From NCBI GenBank assembly GCA_973895155.1, contig OZ316897.1:11183832-11247831 (forward strand): 64,000 nt of DNA, in the 5' to 3' direction. Positions 35,901 to 46,411 of this stretch are shown here, piece by piece. Source of the DNA: Marsupella aquatica. Its lineage: Eukaryota; Plantae; Marchantiophyta. Below the pieces are notes generated by a model. That model was not told the origin of the DNA, ran no database searches, and saw only the letters and a program-made list of their open reading frames with translations. The number at the start of each line of letters is the position of its first letter. Within the stretch, counting starts at the first letter, position 1. The position numbers and the translations under genes are program-made.

Positions 35901-37676
35901 AGAGGAAAGTGGAGGGACATCCTGTGTAGTCTCTACTGCCTGTTTTGACTGCTTCAAGAGCTCAACGCTCATTGTTTTCATTGGTGCACTACTGTCGGCA
36001 GCAGCAGGAGAGCAACGAGAAAGAACATCCTGTGTAGTCTCTACTGCCTGTTTTGACTGCTTCAAGTGATCAACGCTCCTTCCTTTTATTCGTTTATCCG
36101 TGTCAGGAGCAGCGAGAGAGGAAAGTGTAGGAGTATCCTGTGTTGCCTCGACTGCCTGATTCGACTGCTTCAAGTGATTAACGCCCGCGCAAATCTCTGC
36201 CGTGATCTCTCTAATGAGCTTAGCAGAATGAGATGCCAAAGAATTATCTCTAATCAGCTCAGCAGAACCAGATGACAAAGATGGAACATCCCGACATTCA
36301 CTGTGTGCCGAGGCAGTACCAGCATGGCGGTCATCAACCACCAATTCTGACTGATCTAAAGGGTCCTTGACCTGACTTACATCAGTGTTCGTGGGTTTCA
36401 ATCTCTTAAGACGACGAGTATATACCTGCTCTTGCGAAGAAACTGTGTCATCGTCAGTATCACCTTTGCTTCTCCTCACTCCGCGTCCACTACTGCTTGG
36501 TCCTTCTTTCTCCTGATCCATGCCTCTCCCATCGCCACTGGCGTGGCGCAACATGTCCACTACGAGAGGATGGGTTTCTACGTTTTTGGTTGAGAGCAAA
36601 CAAATCTCCGCACATGTCAAATTTCTCTCGGTTAGACCCTTGGCAGGACCATCTCGCCAGGTAACAGTAAACGAGCAGGTGCAGGTCTCACCCTCATCTC
36701 CAAACGTGTGCGGCCGTTTCCTCATCTGGCATCACAATAAACGATAAATTTAAAATCACACAGCGTCACACAGGCTCAACTTCAAATGCAAAGACGTGCC
36801 GAGCAGAAGAATCGTTTCCATAGCCCAGCTCCCAGAGCCAAAAAGGCGACCCAGCTGCCGTTTACAGCTTAGACGGTAAGATGCACCGCGATGCGGTATA
36901 TTCAAATGACATCAACAATTCCACCTGTAGAAAGGGAGACACAAAATCCCCTAAGTCTTAAAACCTTCCCGACAAGAGGAAAGGTTGAGTACTTGTCAGT
37001 GAAGACGTTACAGAGGGAGCCAAGGGAGGTATATAATCGGATGCTTGCCCAACCACACCACGTCCAAGAGATTTAATCAAAAGCTACAGCCGATGGACTG
37101 AACATAACCATCTCTCTCCAAGATGAAAGCACAGCGACTCCAGAAAGAATGTCCGGGAGCTGCTAAGACAAGCTTTTGGTCCTTTCGTAAAGGCTTTCTA
37201 TTCAGCGTCAAACAATACTAAACCGTGGACATAAGATAGCGATTTACAAGACAATTTATTCTTCTGCAGCCTAGAGGTAAATTTACAACCTCTATCACGA
37301 CCGCATCATGCCAACCATCCTTATCCTGGGCCCTTCTCAGCGCGCACACGATTTTGTTCACTTTAACAATGTCGCATTCCTCATCTTGCAATTGTTCTGA
37401 AACCACCCTGATGTGCTTATTAATCGGGTTTAAGCTCTTGATTTTCTCCGCATCCCAGTGCTCGTCTTCGTCAACTGAAAAACCATCGAAGTGGACATTC
37501 GTAGTGCCATCCTCCCTCAAGCTCAGCTCTGCGGCGAACCAAGCTCCATCGGATAGAATTTCCAGCTTGTCATCCCTCCCTGCGGATTCCGTTGCAACGT
37601 TTGCTTGGTCTCCTACCACCGCCTGCCCATCATTCGCGTTCTCCGGGTTCGGTGGCCGCCATATCATTTTGGCCAT
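32979..37676 (-). CDS. SAWADEE-domain protein with long repetitive linker and C-terminal ASI1-like RRM (~1085-1108 aa)
   Basis: Exon 1 is 37676-37290 and exon 2 is 36725-35265. A short linking exon (34890-34874 or 34700-34615, both phase-compatible) leads to the last exon 34371-32979. SAWADEE: LEILSDGAWF..VHFDGFSVDEDEHW..SEQLQDEEC..VCA..HDAVVIE-MRKRPH..CTCSFTVTWRDGP..EICLL. RRM: ILMIDNL..STGYVIFSDKETA..IIVSARGRPWVV. Joining the two halves into one gene is an inference. Confidence 0.8.
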
Positions 37677-39844
37677 GAAACTAATAGCAATTCAGGAAGT
37701 CTAGTCTAGCTGAAAGAAAACTACCAGAACGAAAGCTAAGATTTCCCTGTGGAAAGAATGTCAGTGGTGGCTTAGACCGGGAGGCGAACTGTCTCTCTGG
37801 CAACTAGCGCAGGGAAGCAGACGGTCTTTGTGTGCGGTATTTGCTCCTGCAGCCGTTTTTTACACAAATTACTGATGCCGATTAATATCGTCGAAAAGAG
37901 CTCTGCCAACTTTCCATACAGGTTGGTGAATAATCAGAGTATGATGAGAATCCTTCGGATCCGCCACAAAAACTGAGGATCGAGCGAGCTAATTAGATGA
38001 CGCATCATTTCAAGAGTGAAGACCGAACACGGAATTCTTTCCGCGGAATTGAAGAGGACACGTCCTTAGCTCTTCTCTGGGACAGCTGATTACTAATCAA
38101 TGCAATCTGATTTACAAGACACTGGAATGACAGTCAGCAAAACCCGCCAAGAATACCTTGTGAGATTCGGTTTCATCTGCCGCACTCACGTCATTCGGTT
38201 TCATCTGCCACTTCTGCACCGATCTTCTTGTGGAATTTCTCGAAACGAAGTTCAGCAGACCGTCCACCTCCTGATAGCTTTCAAGCAAACCAAGGGTGCC
38301 TTCAAATCATCAGAAGCTGTGTAGCTCCTTAACTGCGAGACATCTTGCTGCCTCCAACTCAACAACAACACCCAGAGCGAGAATCTCACCTTTCCTCCCG
38401 CTTTGAACGGGACAGATGCCATCGAATGTCGGCAGATTCACCGGAAGCAATGTATGGCAGATTCACCGGAAGCAATGATTGTATGATCCGACAGATGAAA
38501 TGCAACGACTAGCACTGCCGAGTGTACAACCCCCTGCGTCCTCCGTAACCCGCCGAGAACGCTTCGTCGAGCCCTCGATCCCTACTTCGTAAAACATCAG
38601 TTCCAAAGCATGGACTATTCTAATTAAGCGCGGCACCTTAATCAACCGCCCTTCGGAAAGGAGAATGGTCCCATAGCGTTTCCCGAGCAAAAGATGCTCA
38701 CTCATTCACTCTTCTGAATCCACCCAGTCCACTCAATTTTCCATCAATCCCGTAAAGTAGCGTTCCAACGCCACGAAAAAGGACAACTACAACAATCGCA
38801 GAGTTGTTCCCACGATCCGGTTCCCATTGCGATGGGCGTCAAGAACGATCACAAAGGACAGTACCACCATGCCGTTTCTCTTTCCGCTCCTTTCCATGCA
38901 TCTGCCTGCTCGAATTCATCCACAAATCTGCTACATCTGCTGCTCCCAAAGCCCTCGTCATTCATCTTCGAACCCGCGGCCGAATCATCATCCGTATCCC
39001 GAACATTCTTCTCTCGCGCTCGCCGCTGAGCGGCTGCGATGGATCGATTGATTCACGACTGTCCCGAAAGCGCACATCTGCGGTGCGGCAGAAGAGGTGC
39101 AGCGATCCCTGCACTCCTGCAGGCAACGGAAGAAGCCACAGCGAATGACTGACGCTCGTCTTCGATCGTTCCAAAGCTCCTCCAGTAAGTACTATGCTAC
39201 AATTCCCGACTCATCAGCGTATCTGCCACTCTTGACTCTTGTCATTTGCCTCACTTTCGAATTCGGCGCGGCCCCAAATTCTCCCGCGCCTCCCGATCTG
39301 GGAGCGTTCAGCGTTCCCTCCGGTAGTGCGGTCCTTGAAATAGGGACCGGTCCTCCAAATAATAAACACTGCTAAACGGCGGCTTTGTCAGGCGCCATCC
39401 CCCAAAACTGAAGCCCCAACGTGCGCCTTAATTTTTAATTCCTTTTCGCCAAGTGGCGAATCTGGCCAGGTGGCCAACGTCACTTTGTGCTGAAAAATAG
39501 ATGCTAGGAACTAATTACCAACCTACTATCTTACTATAAAAACTCCAAAATCTACTTTTAAGGGCCTAGGTATAGAGCAAGTCTCTAGACCCTAACTCCC
39601 AATGTTAGTATGAAATGGCCAACTGAAATTTACTTTTGAGGGCCTAGGTCACTAGGTCTAGAGTGAAGTCTCTAAACAGTATCTCCAAATACAAACAAAA
39701 CTGATAATGAAGATCAAAATTTTAAATAAGGATGGGCAAAAGTGACATTGACTCTAAATAAAGAGAAAACTGAAATGAGGATGGACAGAAAACAAGCATG
39801 AGGCAAAGACTAACCAAGATAGAATTGTGCAATATTTTCCTTCA

Positions 39845-40990
39845 CTAACTCAATACATGTGCGTTGCGCAAAAGATGTCGTGAAGAAAAAAGATATTGTT
39901 AAGAGAAAAGATGTTGTGAAGACAAAATATGTCGTGTGGCCCAAGATGTTGTTAAGAGAAATGATGTCGCTAAGAGAAATTAAAGATGTCATTAAGAGAA
40001 AAGATGTTGTGTCACCCAAGATGTCGTTAAGAGAAAAGATGTTGTGTCTCCCAAAATGTAGTTAAGAGAAAAGATGTCATGTTGTCCAAGATTTCGTTAA
40101 GCAAAAAGATGTCGTGTCGCCCAAGATGTTGTTAAACCACACATGCCACTATAAAAGACTCATTCCATGTCTCACTACTCAACATAAAAGGTGGAACAGT
40201 AGCACCTTTTGTGGAATACTTGCCAAAAAAAGGTTTTACAATCAGCACCTTTTGTGGAGCTCAAAGTCCATTCTTGAACTTGTGTTCTTTACAATGAGAG
40301 CTATGGGTTACCCGTAGCCCTTTATAGTGGCAGGTGTTGTTTAAGAAGATAAGATTTTGTTTTGCCCAAGATGTTGTTAAGAGAAAAGATGTCGTTAAGG
40401 AAAGAGATGATGTTAAGTACAAAATGGTCGATAAGTAAAGGAATGTCGTCGGGCGAGGGCAGTCGGCGAGGCAAAGTGTGGGTCATGGTTGTTGGTGATG
40501 GAGCGGCCGTCGGGTTGTCACTCCCCCCCTCCTCATGAGTTGCTCCCTCCCCTCCTCGCTCCCTAGTCTGAGGAGAGAAAATATGTCTAGAAGGGATGTT
40601 GAAGTGAAAAAAAGAAGTTGAGGGGAGAAAAGATAGTGAGATGAAAAGAATATGTAAGGGTGAAAAAAATGCTGACTTGAAGAAAAGATGCAAGGGAGAG
40701 AAAAGATCTCAAGGATGAGACAAAGATGCAAAGACGGAAAAAAAATGGCAAGATGAGAAAATGATAAGATATCGACATAAAATGATGTCAAGGTGAGAAA
40801 AGAAGTCAAGGTGAGAAAACAATGTCATTGAAAGACAAAATGTCGAGGGTCAGAAAAATATGGCAAGATGAGAAAAAGATGATCAGGCAAGGAAAATGTG
40901 TTGAGGAGAAAAAACAACATGTCAAGAATAGAAAAACATGTCAAGGCAAGAAACTATGTCACCGCAAGGCAAGAAACGATGTCACCATCA
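39845..40990 (-). mobile_element. Non-autonomous Helitron-like element end with subterminal tandem arrays (left arm of mirror structure)
   Basis: The minus-strand terminus reads ttttgcgcaacgcacatgtattgagttag|t. It is followed by dense aagatgtcg/aagatgttg repeats (39870-40430) and aaggtgagaaaa/aagatgagaaaa repeats (40580-40990). Confidence 0.55.
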
Positions 40991-43900
40991 CAGACTCAAG
41001 AAATGCAACATCAGAAAATTCCCAACTCTCTTTCTTGATGAAGAGATGTCACAATCCCGTCACTATCATAAACTTAGCCGCTGCAAATTGATTTCTTTGA
41101 TTACGTCGCCATTGCTTGTCCACAACACTTGCTTCTGGGCTTGAATTGTTTGTGTCCCTCTAGGCTTCAATTGAAGCTCACTTTGAACATAGATTGATGC
41201 CAAATGTAGCCTCTATGTCAAAGAAACAATTGTTGGTCTCCCCCTGACTCACACCATAGCTTTCTTATATGAAAAAAAAACTACAAAACCTTCATGTGAA
41301 GTGATGGTTCGTCCATTTTGTGCGTTCTTCCCACCGAAATGACAAGCACTCTTCCGCCAATAGTTGAGAGTTGTCCTCTGGTCTGTCTTGTGGCCATAAT
41401 GATTAACATAACTCACAAAAAATAAATCACAAATGGTAGAAACGCAATTTCTCCAATGTGTAAGCAAAAACCATCAAAAAAACTCAATTCCTCCACATTC
41501 AACCTTCCGTTTGATAAACCAGAGAGATCATCTCAACCAAATCAATCTCCTCTATCTTTTGAGTATTCTCTTTGTACAAGCACACACCAAGACCATTGGT
41601 TATTGCCTTGCTGAAAATTGATTTCACTTCATCACACACACATTCCTTGGATGAACATGAGGTCCACCGATTAATTTACGATCTTCTAGATTTAAGGATA
41701 AGGAGTGGTAGTAGTAATTTAGGTGGGAACTAGCTAATTTTAGCCACTGGAAAAATGTTGTCATCGTGCCCATCACCAAAGTCCAGTGCAACAGTGATGA
41801 GTTCCATAAGTGGTAGACTATCATGATTGTGCCTGTAAGTAGATGAGGTTGGTTGTTGATGATGTTTGACCTTCCGTGGTTGTGTGCTGCCAAAAGGACT
41901 CAATTAGGCCATCTCAAAGCTTCTTTCCCATAGATGGTCTTCGTTCATCAAGAAGTGACCCTAATTTGTCACAGGGTTGTGCAAGAGATATGTCTTAGTT
42001 CTTTTCACTCACCTTTACAATGATTCACAGTCATGACGTAACATCATTTATATTTAACAAGAACTCATGGATTGTGAATCCAACAGTCCGTAACACTTGG
42101 GTGCCCGTCATCTTAAACAAGTAGTTGGTAGTAAATCAAGTTTTGAGGTTAGAGGCCCCCTAATGGCATGCATGTAGATTATGGGTGGGGACAAGTAGTT
42201 GGTACATCAAGTTTTGAGGTTATAGGCCCCCTAACGGCATGCATGTAGATTATGGGTGGGGAGCACAGTTCACTTCCCATAAGTCCTGGCGCCAAAGGAC
42301 CTGGTAGCCCATGCCAGATCTGAATGGACCATGGGTGGAATTGCTCGGGTGGCCTTACAAAAGGCCCTGGGCACTTGCACCTTCTTTTCACCAAAACAAA
42401 TTATTGGACTTCTTTTTACCAAAGCCAACTGGAGGGTAACTTCTTATAAGCATTGATCACATCGTGTTAAAACATTGTGACTAATTACAAGAAGTGGCAC
42501 TCCATGGGGCCCCTCCAGTTTGCTTTGCTGAAAAAGCCACCACTAAATCACCAGTAGCCAAAATATCAGTGGGTTTCCAGTCTCGATTAGTTGGCACAAG
42601 TGATGGGCAATTAAGAGAGATTTTTGGGTTGTGTAAAAAAAGGGGGGCTAGATTGAGAATAGCAGCTAGAGCTGTTCAAGTTCCTGATTTAATAATAGTT
42701 GTTCTCAAAAGCATGCAGATGCCTTAGCTGGATAGAATGTTTTGACCCCTATGTTTGTTTAGAAGTAGGGATCTTTTCGTTCACTAGGTAGTCTACATGG
42801 GCCAGCAGATCAGGTATTAATATTAAAACAATAGTGACCTGTCTTTACGGACCCCATGGGAAGTTCCTTGCAAAAACCTTGGAAGCACACGTATCCACAT
42901 CAAAATTGAGTAGTATAAAGTCACAAACAACAATGGTTATTTATGCAAGACTAACGAAAAATTCTGCAAAATAATCTCCTCCTTTTGTCCTCTCATCTCC
43001 ACATTCAAATCTATTTCAATATGTAACTCTTCATTGTTCCAACTTGGTGAATAACATCAAACTTACATGCATAACCAAGGGTCCTCAAACTCATTTTTCA
43101 CAGGAGGCATTCCAAATAGACTAGTGAGCCAAATGTAGTCATTAGCAAATTTTGAGGGGCTCAGTTATTGCCCATAATGCCCTGGTAACAAGCAAGGTTA
43201 CAAGGAGCTAATACACTTCAGTAGACAAAAAATCTAGTGATGGGCATTCTCATCCATAAGGTATCACGAAGAGAAAAGCCACCATGAGGGGCACAACCAA
43301 GGAGAGGGGCACAACCAAGGAGAGGGGCACAACCCACAGGTGACTTTAAAAGAAGTTAGGGCCCATTGCTTCTATTTAATCCCTTGAGTTAAATCTGGAC
43401 TGTAATATAGTAGATTAATTAGAATGATGAAAAATATTAAACTTTTTAGCATTTTTGTAATTGATAGGCATTCTCTAGTTGCAAGTTATGGCATCCTAAA
43501 CTATAATACAAGGTTGCGCTTTTTTATGAAGTGGTCCTCATTCAAATTTGCAGTGTCCAAAAAACATTAATCATGTCAAAGAGAAGGAATAAAAGTTATA
43601 TTAAATTTAGTGTGCACCCAAAAAATAATAAATACATTCCAAACAAAAGGGGAATCAAATGGGAGACACAAAAGTAAGGAGCCAATGCTAGAACCAATAG
43701 GCACACAAAACAAGAAAGTGAATGTACATGCATGAGTATCAAGGAGGTATACACATGAAATATAAAAGTACATAATATATATGATACTATATATTATTGC
43801 AAGTATTATAATATTGCAAAATATAATAATGATAATAATTTAATTAAAATAGGTTAATTAAAAATAGATTAGATTACAAAGACCATATCAAAAGCTATAA

Positions 43901-44364
43901 TAAAATGTTATTTTTTATTATAGTAGTCATTCAAATTTGCAATATCCCAAAAATGAAAAACATGAAAGAATGATTCTTTTGTGAATGAAAATGGAGAGCA
44001 ATGTTTCCAAGCAAAAAATGAATTTAATAGTACAAGAAAATAAGGAGGGTCTCTAGCAATGCAAGAGTATCAAGGAGACCTCTCTTTACCATGTACCACT
44101 GACTATAATCCTGATCCGGTCCCTTTACAAACTAAAAAAAGTGACAATCAATCTTGAATGTTCATCAAAACATACTTTTTTTCACACTTGAAGATCTATC
44201 CATACACCCCTTCTAAAAATAAGTTCCTGCCCAAGCTACCCTATAACATTCCCATACCTGCCACAATTGAAAAAATTAATCAAATTTTAATTAAATTTAT
44301 TAATATATAAATCATTCTATTTTTTTTGAAATAATTTCAAATATAAATAAAATATAGATAAAAT

Positions 44365-45508
44365 ATTTTCTCATCTTGACATCTTTTCTTCATATTAAGG
44401 TCTTCTCATCTCAAGATCTTTGCTCATCTTGACATATTTTTCTCACCTTGAGATCTTTTCTCACCTCAACATATATATTATATTTGTCTCATTTTGCCAT
44501 ATTTTTCTCACCTGGTAATCTTTATCTCACCACAACATCTTTCTTCATCCTCAACATTTTTTCCTCATATTGACATATTTTTCTCATCTCACCATCTTTT
44601 CTCTCCTTGACTTAATTTTGTCACCTCCGAATGTTTTTCTCTAATATGACATCTTTTTCTCACCTTGCTATGTTTTCTTTCCTTGACATATTTTTCTCAG
44701 CTCGAAATGTTTTTCTCTTATCGACATCTTTTCTCACCTTGATATATTTTCTCACCTCAACATTGCACACCTATGCCCGATCTTAAAGACATTTTAATAC
44801 TTAACGACATCTTAATACTTAACGACATCTTAATACTTAATGACATCTTTGGCATAACGACATCGTTGGCGACATGACATCTACTTACTTGACATAATTT
44901 TTTACTTGATGACCTTTTGGGCAACATGCCATCTTTGGAAAAATGACTTCTTTTTCTTAACAACATTTTTTTACTTCATGACATTTTTCACATAAGAACA
45001 TCATTCTTGGGAAACACAACATATAATTCTCTTAAGAGCATTTTGGGCGCCACAACACTTTCCTCTTAGTGACATCTTGGGGGACACTACATCTTGGGCG
45101 CCACAACATCTGTTTTCTTAACAATATCTTGGGTGGCATGATATCCTTATTTTAATGATATTTTGAGCGACACAACATTTTTTCTTAATGACATCTTTTG
45201 TGCAATGCATGGGTAATTTCCCTCAACGATGTCTTGGCCGACATGACATATTTTCTCTCAATGATGTCTTTGCTGACACGACATCTTTTTTTCAACGACA
45301 TCCTGGCCGACATGACAACTTTTTTTTCAAAGACCTCTTGGCCAACATGACATCTTTTTTTCTCAACGACTTTTTTTCTCTCAACCACCTCTTGGCCGAC
45401 ATGACATTTTTTCTCTTCACGACCTCTTGGCTGACACGACATCTTTTTTTCTCAACGACATCTTGGCCGACACGACTTCTTTTGTGCAACGCACGGGTAT
45501 TGAGCTCG
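44365..45508 (+). mobile_element. Non-autonomous Helitron-like element end with subterminal tandem arrays (right arm of mirror structure)
   Basis: Reverse-complement arrays (ttttctcaYcttgacat, then cgacatctt) end in ttttgtgcaacgcacgggtattgagctcg|t, which resembles the plant Helitron 3' hairpin plus CTRR. A second degenerate end lies at ~45197-45214. Confidence 0.58.
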
Positions 45509-45937
45509 TTTTAGCATAATTAAGAGCTTAACACTCTAGTTGGTTATCTCTAATAGTAAGTTAGCTATAATTAGAGTTAAAATAAATCTTTTTTAATGAA
45601 AAGTACAGACTTGTATTCATGGAGGCTAGTGAGATCAATATCACACACCATAAAAGATTGCTACATGTTCAAGAGAAGAAGAAACACTATAATCCTTGCC
45701 CTTTGCATGCTATTAAGAAAAAGAAATGGATGCTATGAGGGAGACAATGTAAACCAATTTCTATAGAAGTATTCAACAACTCAACTTCAAAGCTCTTCTT
45801 GAGCAACATTGAACTCTATGTGCATTTATGATGATCAGTCTCTCTCTACTATTCTAGATAAATAGGTATCAGGTTAAAAAAGTCTGAAACTTTTCCAAGA
45901 GATAGCCCTTATGTAGCAAAACATACCCACCAGAGTC

Positions 45938-46239
45938 AAGGGGGAGATTGTTAGGTATTTACTCAAGGTCTAGGGTTACGACATGTAACCATAGTTAGGT
46001 TAACTAGGATGCACACTATATGCCAAGCGGTGTTTGCTTGGATAAGTGGAACTTAGGCTCATTGTTATGGAGCCACTTGAGAGATGAGGAGAGCTTACAC
46101 TGTGGAGACTTGGTATGGGCGACGGGCTTAGAGTTCAGTAAAGCTCTCTTGTGTGTTCCCGCGGACGTAGCCTCGAGGAGGTGAACCACGTATCTCTTGT
46201 GTCGACTACTTGCGCGTTGGATGTGTCATGTGCTTACCA
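45938..46239 (+). mobile_element. Copia-type polypurine tract plus 3' LTR remnant
   Basis: The PPT aagggggaga is immediately followed by TGTTAG at 45949. The internal ggacgtagcc...gaaccacgta motif is typical of plant Copia LTRs, and the segment ends in ...ttacCA at 46239. Confidence 0.65.
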
Positions 46240-46261
46240 TTACGAGTGTCGTCTATGCTCT

Positions 46262-46411
46262 GGAAAATTTTTACTTAATCAACCCCCTCCATACTTTTCC
46301 CCAATCTGGGCCGTTGATGGACCTTTCTATCTCAGATCTGGACCATTGATAGACCTCAAGGGGTCGATCAAGTAACAAGTTTCAATTTGGGGGTCTATCA
46401 AGCAAATACCT
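46262..46411 (-). mobile_element. Short MITE-like element, copy 2 (inverted relative to 9842-9990)
   Basis: Its reverse complement aligns along the whole length with 9842-9990 (shared cagatctgag, ggtccatca, cagattggggaaaagtat). Confidence 0.65.

Noticed and set aside
321-37676. Functional cluster of RNA-metabolism genes (editing, splicing, DRG, Pol III subunit, SAWADEE-RRM)
   Set aside because: The genes act in different compartments and pathways, and no shared regulatory motif was seen. Such neighbours are expected by chance in a gene-dense plant genome.
39810-45514. Lys/Asp/Val-rich or Phe/Thr-rich ORFs (KKDVV.., TTSF..)
   Set aside because: They are translations of the aagatgtcg repeat arrays, not genes.
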